From: an uncultured Chloroflexia bacterium
Lineage (GTDB): Bacteria > Chloroflexota > Ktedonobacteria > Ktedonobacterales > JADMIN01
Reading direction: 5' to 3'
NCBI GenBank assembly: GCA_963701795.1
Contig: CAVPBB010000020.1
Coordinates: 71,727 to 135,726, forward strand
DNA: 64,000 nucleotides
In this document: positions 1 through 8,960 of the stretch, piece after piece
Numbering within the stretch: position 1 is the first letter of the stretch
Layout: each line of letters starts with the position of its first letter
Program-made: the position numbers and the translations under genes
Notes under the pieces: model-generated
Database searches by the model: none
Seen by the model: only the letters and a program-made list of their open reading frames with translations
What the model was told of the DNA's origin: nothing

Positions 1-104
1 ACGGCAATCGCGCCCAGATCATCGCCGCGAATGACTTTGAGCGCGCCCTTGTTCGCCCGGCCAATCGGCGTACGGGCGGCGCTAACAATGACTGCTTCTG
101 GCAT
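1..104 (-). CDS. acetyl-CoA C-acyltransferase (thiolase), first 35 codons only; gene runs off the window start
   Basis: Reverse translation from ATG at 104..102 gives MPEAVIVSAARTPIGRANKGALKVIRGDDLGAIAV, the canonical thiolase N-terminus. A GGAGGA ribosome-binding site lies just upstream. Confidence 0.8.
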   Translation of the reverse strand, partial: MPEAVIVSAARTPIGRANKGALKVIRGDDLGAIA

Positions 105-202
105 GGGTGGTAGCTTCCTCCGAATGAGACGGCGCCGGATGTAGAGCGGCGCGACGGATAGAGATGACTGTTTCAACGTCGGCGCAAATGACGCGCGGCG
201 CG

Positions 203-802
203 CTAACCCTGCGCGCCGCGTGGGGCGAGCAGCGTCCACTCGAAGCGCAGCTCGGTCGTGAGTGTGCCCTGCTGGTCGCGCACCTGCACGGCGATGGCAA
301 AGCGCGGGCGCGCGCCCGCCGCAATCTCGCTGCGGATGCGCGCCTGCTCCTCGGCGGTGAACGTCGCTTCGCCGCGAAGCTGGCCGCGCGCTGGCTTGTG
401 ATAGGTGACGGTGGCGTTGGTGACGACAGGCGCGTAGCCCTGGCGCTGCAAGTCGCTGAAAGCGATCAGCGTCATCGTCCCTGATGTCACCTCGCCCAGC
501 CCAAACTGCGCCACCGCGTGGACCGTTCCCACATGGTTGAGCCGCTCTGGTGACTCTGGCAGAATCACCGTAGCGCGCTCCGGCTCGACGGATTCCACCT
601 GCACGCCCAGCACGCGGTTGAACGGCACAGAGTCCGCCAGCAACTGGCGCACCACTTCAACATCCAGCACGTTGCTGCCCTCGGTTCTGTCTCCCAAACG
701 CTGGTCGAGCGGCGCCAGCCGCGCCTGTGGGCCTACGACCGCGAACCCCGCCAGCGCAGGCAGGAACGCGCTCGATGCGGGCCATCGCAGGCGCGGTTGC
801 AA
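203..802 (-). CDS. hotdog-fold acyl-CoA thioesterase (PaaI/4HBT-like)
   Basis: 199-codon ORF between the acyl-CoA dehydrogenase and the thiolase. The core ...NHVGTVHAVAQFGLGEVTSG...VTNATVTYHKPARG... resembles PaaI/DUF4442-type thioesterases. The start codon is uncertain (TTG at 802 or an internal start). Confidence 0.55.
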   Translation of the reverse strand: MQPRLRWPASSAFLPALAGFAVVGPQARLAPLDQRLGDRTEGSNVLDVEVVRQLLADSVPFNRVLGVQVESVEPERATVILPESPERLNHVGTVHAVAQFGLGEVTSGTMTLIAFSDLQRQGYAPVVTNATVTYHKPARGQLRGEATFTAEEQARIRSEIAAGARPRFAIAVQVRDQQGTLTTELRFEWTLLAPRGAQG

Positions 803-815
803 GCCGCCAGTCGAG

Positions 816-2593
816 CTATTTCAGCGGGTAGCCATTGGCCTCGCTGACGATGCCGGCAAGCTCGCGCTGCAAGGGAACGATGTCGGCCTGCGGGTCGCCC
901 AGATACGCGCGCACCTTCGCCAACTCGGCCTTGCGCTCGTCGCCCTCGAAGGCCATCGTCAGCGCGCCCTCCATCGCGGCGCGCGCCTCGCGGAACAGGT
1001 TGATGACGCCGATCTGCGCCAGCAGCGCATGGGTGTGCGCGTCGGCGGCGCCCGCGCGGGCGGCGGCAAGCGCACGCGCCACGGCGCTATCAATCGCGAA
1101 GGCGGTGATGAGCTGGTTGGCGGCGTACTCCAGGAACTCCTGCTCCTCCTGCATCGTCGCCATGAACTTCATCGCGCCCTTCATCACGCTATAGATGGCG
1201 GCGCGCTTGACCCGCTCGGTCAGATTCACCGTATCGCGCAGTTCGGCGGCGGTCTCGGCTCCGGCGAAGTCGGGCGCCTGGCCGCTCGTCACCTGCTCCT
1301 CGATCTGCGGGAAGACCGAGAACAGGTCTACCTTGTTCTCCATCGCCCGGCGGAAGAGCGTGCCAGCGGCGACGAGGCGGTTGACCTCGTTCGTCCCCTC
1401 GAAGATGCGGTTGATGCGGGCATCGCGCCAGGCATGCGAGATGGGATACTCATCCATAAAGCCGTAGCCACCGAAGATCTGCACGCCCTCATCCACGCTG
1501 CGCCCCAGCGCCTCGGAGCAGTAGACCTTGGCGATGGAGCATTCGATGGCGTACTCCTCGATGGCCGCGAGCTGCGCCATGCGATCCTCGCCCGCCGCCA
1601 GCCGCGCATCCTCGACCATGCCGACGGTGCGGAAGGCGATGGCCTCGGCGGCGTAGACATCGGCGGCCATGTAGGCCAGCTTCTTCTTAATCATGCCGAA
1701 GCCCGCCAGTGGTCGCCCGAACGCCTTGCGCTCGTTGGCGTAGGCCGTCGAGAGGTCGAGCGCGGCGCGCGCGCCGCCAGAGGCCCCCGCGCCAAGCTTC
1801 ACCCGGCCAATGTTGAGGATGTTGAAGGCGATCTTGTAGCCCTTGCCGATCTCGCCCAGCGCATTCTCGACCGGAACCTCGACGTTATCGAAGTAGACGG
1901 TGCGCGTGGAGGAGCCTTTGATGCCGACCTTCTTCTCCTCGGCGCCCGTCGAGACGCCCTTCCAGGCTGACTCGACGATGAACGCGCTGTGCTTGGTGTC
2001 ATCTACCTTGGCGAAGACGATCATCACATCGGCGAACCCTGAGTTTGATATCCACTGCTTCGCGCCGTTCAAGATGTAGTGCTTGCCGTCTGGCGAGAGC
2101 GTGGCGCGCGTGCGAATGCTCATTGCGTCGGAGCCGACGCCCGGCTCGGTCAGCGCATAGGCGCCGATCAACTCGCCAGTCGCCAGCCTGGGCAGGTAGG
2201 CGCGCTTCTGCGCATCGGTTCCATAAAAGACGATGGGCAGCGTACCGATGGTGGTGTGGGCGCCCTGCGCCACCGCGAACGACGCCTGGCGCATCTGCTG
2301 CGCGACGAGCGAGCTGACGACCATGCCCAGGTCGGCTCCGCCGTACTCCTCTGGCACATCGATCATCAGCAGGCCCTGCTCGCCAGCCTCTTTGAGCAGC
2401 GCAGGCATCAGCCCGGCTCCTGCGCGTCTATCGCGTCGCTCTTGGGCAGCACCTCGCGCTGGATGAAGGTCTTCGCCGAATCGCGAATCTCGCGCTGCTC
2501 GTCGGAGAGCTTCTCCAGCGTGAGGAAATCGGCGCCCGTCACCGGGGCCGTCAGAAAGCTCGCGCCGGTCTCGATTTTTGGCTCGGTCGCCAT
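816..2593 (-). pseudogene. long (FadE-type, about 590 aa) acyl-CoA dehydrogenase, reading frame broken once near 2405-2412
   Basis: ORF 2408..2593 has a strong GAGGAGGA RBS and encodes MATEPKIETG...LSDEQREIRDSAKTFIQREVLPKSDAIDAQEPG. It stops where ORF 816..2633 begins its ACAD-like sequence (GLMPALLKEAGEQGLLMIDVPEEYGG...). The two pieces join seamlessly if one nucleotide is added in gagccgggc|tgatgcc. Confidence 0.85.
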
Positions 2594-2692
2594 ATGCTGA
2601 CATTCCTCCTCTGATGGGGCCTGCGGTCGGCACGCCCCTGCGCTAACGTGTTTGGGCGCCGCATGGATTGCTTGTGAATTGCGGGCGCGCAG

Positions 2693-4513
2693 CTACTCGT
2701 GGGTCGCCTGCGCATCGGACTGCTGTGTCGCCTGTTGCGCGGCCAGCGTCTCGTCGCGCAGCGCACGGCGCAGCACCTTGCCCACCAGCGTCTTTGGCAG
2801 CGACTCACGGAACTCATACGCCTTAGGTACTTTATAGACCGCCAGACGCTCGTGACACCACTGGTCAAGCTCGGCGGCGGTCAACTTCTCGCCTGGCTTG
2901 ACGACGATGAAGGCGCGCACCGTCTCGCCGCGATACTCGTCAGGCATGCCGACGACCGCCGCTTCCAGCACCTTCGGATGTTCGTAGAGCGCTTCTTCCA
3001 CATCGCGCGGGAAGATTTTGTAGCCGCTGGCGATGATGATGTCCTTCGCGCGGTCTACGATGGTGAAGTAGCCGTCGGCGTTCATCAGGCCGATGTCGCC
3101 GGTGCGCAGCCAGCCATCTTGCAGCACCTTGGCCGTCTCGTCGGAGCGATTCCAGTAGCCCTGCATCACCTGCGGCCCGCGCACGGCGATCTCGCCCTGC
3201 TCGCCCTGCGGCAGGAACTCCCACGAATCCTCGGCGATGATGGCGGCGTCGGTGTTGGGCACGGGCAGGCCAATCGTGCCACTGCGCCGGTCGCCGAAGA
3301 CGGGATTGCAGTGCGTCACGGGCGAGGCTTCCGTCAGCCCGTAGCCCTCCACCAGCTTCGCGCCAGAGACCGCCTCGAAGCGGCGCTGCACCTCGGCTGG
3401 CAGTGGCGCCGACCCGCTGATGCACACCTTGATCGAGCTGAGGTCGCGCTGATGTTGCTCGACCTCGCGCGCCAGCGCCAGATACATCGTCGGCACGCCA
3501 GGGAAGAGGTCCGGGCGATACTTCTCGATGGCCTTGAGCGTATCCTTCACGGTGAAGCGCGGCAGCAGCACCATCGTCGAGGCCGCCAGCATCGTCATGT
3601 TCATCGCCACGGTCAGCCCATAGACATGGAAGAACGGCGCGATGCAGAGCGTGATGTGCTTCATCTCCGCTGGCTGCTCATTCCACACCAGGCACTGCGC
3701 CGCGTTCGCCAGCAGATTGCGATGGGTCAGCATGGCGCCCTTGGCGACGCCCGTGGTGCCGCCGGTGTACTGCAACAGCGCCAGGTCATCTGGCTGCGCT
3801 GACTCTGGCAGTGGATAGACCTCGAAGCCCTGGCTGTCACTGGCGTGGCCGAGCAGGTCTTTGAACTGGTGGATGCTCTGGTCGGCGCGCAACGCTCGCT
3901 GATCCACATGTGGCTTGCCACGCGAGGTCGCCAGCTCACGCGCGCGATAGGCGACGGCGAGCGGCAGCGGAAAGTAGTCGGCCACATTGGCGAGGATGAC
4001 GTGCTCGACGAGCGTATGCGCGCGCACCTCGGCGAGGTTGGCGTAGAGCTGGTCGAGCAGCACCACCACCTGCGCGCCAGAGTCGTTGAGCTGGTGCTGC
4101 AGCTCGGTCGGCGTGTAGAGCGGGTTGGTCGGCACGACGACGGCGCCAGCTTTGAGCGCGCCGTAGAAGGCGATGGGGTACTGCGGGATGTTGGGCAGGC
4201 TGATCGCCACGCGGTCGCCGCGCTTCACCCCCAGTCGCACGAGCGCCCGCGCGAAGCGACCGGCCAGCGACGAGAACTGCGCATAGCTGATACGTGTGCC
4301 GTAGTAGTCAATGGCGGTGTAGGCGCTGGACGTGCGGGTGGCCTCGTCGAGCAGCCACGCCAGCGAATGCTCTGGCAGATCGATTGTGGCTGGCACGCCA
4401 GCGGAATAGTGTTTCGTCCAGGGGCGGCTGACCCCATCGGCGGCGCTCGTGGGGACACTGGCGGCGTCATCTGCGGCGCCTGTCGGGATTGGCGAGGAAA
4501 AGCCTTCTTCCAT
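2693..4513 (-). CDS. long-chain fatty-acid--CoA ligase (AMP-binding family)
   Basis: 606-aa ORF with the AMP-binding motifs LQYTGGTTGVAKGAMLTHRN, GYGLTE and TGDIG...DGYFTIVDRAKD. RBS AAAGAGGAG precedes the ATG at 4513. Confidence 0.9.
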   Translation of the reverse strand: MEEGFSSPIPTGAADDAASVPTSAADGVSRPWTKHYSAGVPATIDLPEHSLAWLLDEATRTSSAYTAIDYYGTRISYAQFSSLAGRFARALVRLGVKRGDRVAISLPNIPQYPIAFYGALKAGAVVVPTNPLYTPTELQHQLNDSGAQVVVLLDQLYANLAEVRAHTLVEHVILANVADYFPLPLAVAYRARELATSRGKPHVDQRALRADQSIHQFKDLLGHASDSQGFEVYPLPESAQPDDLALLQYTGGTTGVAKGAMLTHRNLLANAAQCLVWNEQPAEMKHITLCIAPFFHVYGLTVAMNMTMLAASTMVLLPRFTVKDTLKAIEKYRPDLFPGVPTMYLALAREVEQHQRDLSSIKVCISGSAPLPAEVQRRFEAVSGAKLVEGYGLTEASPVTHCNPVFGDRRSGTIGLPVPNTDAAIIAEDSWEFLPQGEQGEIAVRGPQVMQGYWNRSDETAKVLQDGWLRTGDIGLMNADGYFTIVDRAKDIIIASGYKIFPRDVEEALYEHPKVLEAAVVGMPDEYRGETVRAFIVVKPGEKLTAAELDQWCHERLAVYKVPKAYEFRESLPKTLVGKVLRRALRDETLAAQQATQQSDAQATHE

Positions 4514-4676
4514 CTGCGCACTCCTCTTTGAGTGAAAGGGGCTTCCAGTTAAAGGCAGTATATCGCCCAGAAACAGGGATTGCCTCGTTGCCAGCTAACG
4601 TGTTTTTGGGTGTATACTGGTATCTGGCTAACATATCAAGCGCTGGGCGTCCTGCCGTCTGCATGGGGGAGAGCGT

Positions 4677-5405
4677 GTGATAGGCGCGGTGTTCTTTGAT
4701 CTCGACGACACGCTCTGTGATGCGGCGCCAGCTTTCGCCGCTGGCCGCCGGGCGGCGTTTGACGCCGCGCTGGCTGCCGTGCCAGGGCTGAAAATGTCAG
4801 CCCTGCGCGATGCCTGGCGCCGGGCGCATGCTGAGCTTTTCCCGGCGCTGGAGTCTGGCGCGCTGAGCATGGCCGAGGTGCGCGAGCTGCGTTTCCGGCG
4901 CACGCTGGCCGTTCTTGGCGTGGCGGATGACGCGCTGGCCGACCGGCTCAACGCTCTGCTGGGCGCGACACAACTGGCGCATCTGCGCCGCTTCGACGAT
5001 GTCGCGGCGCTGGTCGCGCTGCGCAGCCAGGGCGTCTTCGTCGGCGTCATCACCAACGGCGCGGATGATGCGCGCGACGACAGCCAGCGAACGAAGGCCG
5101 AGCGCCTGGGTCTGCTGCGCGAGCTGGATGGCTTCTGGGTCTCGGATTCGCTGGGCTATCGCAAGCCCGACCCACGGGCGTTCGCGCCCGCGCTGGCGGC
5201 GGCTGACGCTGCGGCGACGGAGTGTCTCTATGTCGGCGACTCGCAGGCCACCGACATCGCCGGGGCCAACGCCGCTGGCCTGCGGAGCGCGCTGCTGCTG
5301 CGCGACCCAAACGCGACGCCGCGAGTGACAGCGGCAAACGGGGCGCAGCCGTGGCGGGTCGTGCGCTCGCTCTGGGAGATACGCGATCTGCTCGAAGCTG
5401 TGTGA
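4677..5405 (+). CDS. HAD-superfamily hydrolase
   Basis: The N-terminus IGAVFFDLDDTLCD carries the DxDxT motif I. VGVITNG matches motif II and YVGDSQATDIAGANAAG matches motif IV. It probably starts at the GTG. Confidence 0.75.
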   Translation: MIGAVFFDLDDTLCDAAPAFAAGRRAAFDAALAAVPGLKMSALRDAWRRAHAELFPALESGALSMAEVRELRFRRTLAVLGVADDALADRLNALLGATQLAHLRRFDDVAALVALRSQGVFVGVITNGADDARDDSQRTKAERLGLLRELDGFWVSDSLGYRKPDPRAFAPALAAADAAATECLYVGDSQATDIAGANAAGLRSALLLRDPNATPRVTAANGAQPWRVVRSLWEIRDLLEAV

Positions 5406-5495
5406 AGCGATGACACTGACGGGATGCGGGCCTGACCGAACAGGCGTGGTTTCAGCCGCCAGCCTGCATCCTCACAACTGAAGGAGTCTGGCGCG

Positions 5496-6363
5496 ATGAC
5501 TCACAGCGGCAAGGCTGGCAAGGCGGTCACTGAGGCCGAGCCAGAGGAGTTTGGGGCGCTGATCGCCTACTATCGGCAGGCGCACGGCCTCTCGCAAGGC
5601 CAGCTTGCGCGGGCGGCGCGGCTCTCGCGCACCTACGTCTATCACATCGAGACGGGGCAGCGCAAAGCGCCCTCGGCCAAGGTGGCGCGAGCACTGGCGC
5701 GCGCGCTGGAGGCGCATGGTGTGGAGCGGCGGCGGCTGGCGCAGGCCTATACGCGGCTGACGGGCGAGCAGATGGAGGATGAGCCTGACCAGCTCGACCT
5801 CTTTGACCAGCGCGAACTTGCGGCGTTGCTGGTGCACAATACCGCCTTCCCCGCGCACAGCCTCGACCGCCTCTGGCAGATTCCCGCGTGGAATGATCCC
5901 GCTGCGGATCTCTTCGAGCTGGACGAGGCGGCGCTCGTCTCGCACAGCCAGAATCTGCTGGCCGTCGTCTTTGATCCCGCCTACCGGGCGCGCTTCCGCC
6001 CGTGGGAGACGCTGGCGCGGCGCATGCTGGCCGACTTCAAGCACAACACGCGCAGCCTCACCTTCCTGCCGGAGTATCGCGCGCTCTGGCGTTCGCTGCG
6101 CGCCATGCCCGACTTCACCCGCATCGCCAACTCGCTCCGAGGCGCCCTCGGTGACGGCGCCCAGCTTCGTCTTTCACATGCGCCACTCGCGGCTGGGCGC
6201 GCTGGCGTTGCGCACCACCATCACCATCTTCAGCGGCTCCTCCGACTACAGCATCGTCACCTACGTTCCCGGCGACCAGCAGACGCTGGCCATCTTCGCC
6301 GAGAACGGCTGGCAGCGCGCGGCGGCGGGCGCAGCAGCGGCGCAGGCGGGTGAGCCGGGGTAA
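5496..6363 (+). pseudogene. XRE-HTH / MmyB-like transcriptional regulator, frame broken near 6125-6165
   Basis: The N-terminus has an HTH (HGLSQGQLARAARLSRTYVYHIETGQRKAP). The MmyB-like C-terminal domain continues in a second frame (ORF 5779..6363: ...APSFVFHMRHSRLGALALRTTITIFSGSSDYSIVTYVPGDQQTLAIFAENGW). AAGGAG RBS before the ATG at 5496. Confidence 0.7.
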
Positions 6364-6394
6364 GCCATCCTGCCACGCCTCACGCTGATAGGCT

Positions 6395-6643
6395 ATGAGG
6401 AATCAAATGCAGAGAGACATTACGCCAGGGGTCATTTCTGACCCCGAAATACTGGGTGGACGCCCTGTCCTACGCGGCAGACGTATCGCCGTCTCGCAGC
6501 TCGTTGACCAGATTGCGGGCGGCATGACGCTCAGCGAGATACAGCAAGATTACCAGCTCAGCGACGAGGAGATGCGCGCTCTGCTCAGCTACATCGCCCA
6601 GGTTGTTCATCAGGATGAGCGCACGCATGTCCAGCAGGCTTGA
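6395..6643 (+). CDS. DUF433-family antitoxin-like protein
   Basis: 82 aa. ISDPEILGGRPVLRGRRIAVSQLVDQIAGGMTLSEIQQDYQLSDEEMRALLSY matches the DUF433 signature. It overlaps the downstream partner ORF. Confidence 0.75.
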   Translation: MRNQMQRDITPGVISDPEILGGRPVLRGRRIAVSQLVDQIAGGMTLSEIQQDYQLSDEEMRALLSYIAQVVHQDERTHVQQA

Positions 6644-6965
6644 TCTGCTGCTGGACGAAAACCTCTCGTGGCGGGTCGCGCGCGGGCTGCGCGGGCAAGG
6701 GTACTCAGTCGCAACGACATTGGATGCAGGTCTAGCGGGTCTGGGTAACGAGGATGTTTTTCGGTATGCGCAGTCCCATCATCTCATCCTCGTCGCACGT
6801 GATGACGACTTCCGCACGCGGTTCGCGCCGCCGCATGCTGGTATCATCGTTGTCTATGCGCCAAACTCTGCGCGCAATGTAGACATCCTGGCGTGTCTGC
6901 TCACCCAACTTCCCACTCTACTGGCTCAGCCGCTCGACGATACAGTTCATGCCATCGAGTGCTAG
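6627..6965 (+). CDS. DUF5615 (PIN-like / Mut7-C-like) toxin-like protein
   Basis: MSSRLDLLLDENLSWRVARGLRGQGYSV...NEDVFRYAQSHHLILVARDDDF is typical of DUF5615 partners of DUF433. The start could be 6603, 6615 or 6627, and it overlaps the upstream stop. Confidence 0.7.
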   Translation: MSSRLDLLLDENLSWRVARGLRGQGYSVATTLDAGLAGLGNEDVFRYAQSHHLILVARDDDFRTRFAPPHAGIIVVYAPNSARNVDILACLLTQLPTLLAQPLDDTVHAIEC

Positions 6966-7084
6966 CGCCAACGCTCGCCATCGTTGCCAAAAACGGCTGG
7001 CAGCGCGCAGCGGCGGGCGCAACGGCGGCCGTATAGCGCACGAGCTATGCTACACTAAGGCACGTCACCAGTGAGGGAGATGGC

Positions 7085-7303
7085 ATGCCGCGCAAGATTC
7101 GCCAGCTCAAGCGTGATCTTCGCCGTGCTGGCGCGTATAAGGCCAGTGAAGAGGGCGATCATGAAAAGTGGAAGCATCCACTGGTTTCTGACTACTACAT
7201 CGAACTCGCTGGCGCGGATGGGGACGACGCCAAGCCCTATCAGGAGAAGCGATTATGGGGATTCTTGCAGCGTATTCAACAAGCTGAGCAGCGCGAGAAG
7301 TGA
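7085..7303 (+). CDS. hicA: HicA-family mRNA interferase toxin
   Basis: 72 aa. KIRQLKRDLRRAGAYKASEEGDHEKWKHP fits the HicA/YcfA fold signature. GAGGGAG RBS. A TACACT -10-like box lies about 35 nt upstream. Confidence 0.75.
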   Translation: MPRKIRQLKRDLRRAGAYKASEEGDHEKWKHPLVSDYYIELAGADGDDAKPYQEKRLWGFLQRIQQAEQREK

Positions 7304-7641
7304 GAATAGTTGACATGAACAGTGAGCAAACGCCACATTACAGCATGCTGATCGAGTGGAGTGATCTGGATCAGGCGTATATCCTCACGCTTCCAGAGTG
7401 GGAGCGCGTGGGCGCGCTGGCCAACACGCATGGCGCGACCTATGCCGAGGCGGCGCAGAAGGGCCAGGAGTTGATCGCGTTCCTGTATGAGGCTGCCCAG
7501 CGCGACGGAGACGCGATTCCCGCCCCAGCAGGCTACGACGCGCACGCCTACGCGCCAGGCGAGACCTCTGAGGGCATTGGCGCCGAGTCTGAGGCGCTCG
7601 CACGCGAGATCGAGGCGCATCCTACGCCGCACGCCTCATAG
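7300..7641 (+). CDS. hicB: HicB-family antitoxin
   Basis: Its start overlaps the hicA stop (GTGA). YSMLIEWSDLDQAYILTLPEWERVGALANTHGATYAEAAQKGQELI is the HicB/UPF0150 N-terminal pattern. An alternative start is the ATG at 7315. Confidence 0.7.
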   Translation: MRIVDMNSEQTPHYSMLIEWSDLDQAYILTLPEWERVGALANTHGATYAEAAQKGQELIAFLYEAAQRDGDAIPAPAGYDAHAYAPGETSEGIGAESEALAREIEAHPTPHAS

Positions 7642-7803
7642 GACGCGGCGCGCAGCAGGGGCCGAGATCACCACTGGCATCCTGATTGTGCGTGGGCAAG
7701 GAGCGGATACGTTCTTTGCGCCGCGTAGCGAGCATTCGCTCCCGGCTATCTGGATGCCGTCGCCGACTGGATACTGGCGCGCTAGCGTAGCCGCCCGCGC
7801 CCA

Positions 7804-8817
7804 TCAGCCGCCGACAGTGGACATAAACGCGCCGTAGAGATACACGCCACTTTGCGCGTCAACGAATGTCCACTCCTCGCTGGGCGGCGTCGCCAGCACG
7901 CCGGGGCCTGCCACTGCGCCGGGGATGCGATAGCCGACGACCCAGACAATCGAAAATTGGGGAACACCGGGTAGACTGGAGCTTTCTACGAACTCCAGTT
8001 GCGGCGTCACACAGGTTGCGCGAGCGGGCAGGAACTCGCCGAGACCCTGCCTACTCATTACCCGCGCGGCCTGCGCATCCACTGGCACGGGATTCGTCGA
8101 CGTGGTCAGGGTAATGCCAGCATCCCGAAGTTGCTGATAGTCCGCCGCCGTCATTGTCGAGGCGCACGGCGCCGTCTGCGCGTTCTGCGCAATCACGTTC
8201 TGCGCCTGCTTCACCGCGAAGCCGCCGAGGCTGGCGACAATCAGCGCGAGCAGCGCAAGGAGAGCCAGTGCGCGCATGCGCCCCAGGCGTGGGCGAGGCC
8301 GCGCATTCACCCTCGCGGCGTCAGCCGTGTCGGCCCAGCGCGCCTGCCTGCCCCTGAGCAGCCACCGTAGCACGATGAGCGTCACGACCACGAGCAGGAA
8401 TGCGACAGTTGCGCTGGTGGTGATGAGCGCTGCCCACTGGAATGGAGCGATCAGCGCCGCCGTATGCAACTGCCACCATTGGTAGACGCCGGGGGGCGCA
8501 TGTGGGCTGCCATAACAGTAGTATGGGTCTGCATCCTCGCGCGCCGCCAGAAGATCATACGCCGCCTGCACACGCGACCGCAGCAGCAGCGACCATGCCG
8601 CCAACCCGATGGCCAGCAGCGCGCCGCGCAGGCTGGACGCGCCGCCGCGCGAACGCCAGCGTCCTGGCTCCAGCGGCGCCAGCGCGAGCGACATGACCAC
8701 GAGCAGGCCAGCCGCCAGCCCCAGCCAGCAGCGTCGCGGCCCAGAGCGCGAGGGATTCGGGGGGCACGCAGGACTGCGTTGGCATGTGGTCCTCCTGATT
8801 AAGAGTCGCCCGTTCAT
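7804..8817 (-). CDS. hypothetical integral membrane protein
   Basis: 337-codon ORF with at least four hydrophobic helices (e.g. LGLAAGLLVVMSLALAPL, TVAFLLVVVTLIVLRWLL, ALALLALLALIVASLGGF) and a soluble C-terminal domain. I recognise no family. Confidence 0.45.
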   Translation of the reverse strand: MNGRLLIRRTTCQRSPACPPNPSRSGPRRCWLGLAAGLLVVMSLALAPLEPGRWRSRGGASSLRGALLAIGLAAWSLLLRSRVQAAYDLLAAREDADPYYCYGSPHAPPGVYQWWQLHTAALIAPFQWAALITTSATVAFLLVVVTLIVLRWLLRGRQARWADTADAARVNARPRPRLGRMRALALLALLALIVASLGGFAVKQAQNVIAQNAQTAPCASTMTAADYQQLRDAGITLTTSTNPVPVDAQAARVMSRQGLGEFLPARATCVTPQLEFVESSSLPGVPQFSIVWVVGYRIPGAVAGPGVLATPPSEEWTFVDAQSGVYLYGAFMSTVGG

Positions 8818-8960
8818 CTCACCGCTTGCACTCTATGACGACTGCGACGCCCGGCAATTATCACCGGCGCGCCGCCTTCCTCAGACTTCGCTACACCACA
8901 CCTTGTATAGTCTACAGGTGAGCGAGAGATGTGAGAGCAAGCGAGAGGACAGGCGCGCAG

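Noticed and set aside
537-1970. 477-aa plus-strand ORF overlapping the acyl-CoA dehydrogenase gene
   Set aside because: It is antisense to a gene with unambiguous ACAD motifs. Its translation is Arg/Ala/Gly/Leu-rich with no recognisable domain, which is the typical high-GC shadow ORF.
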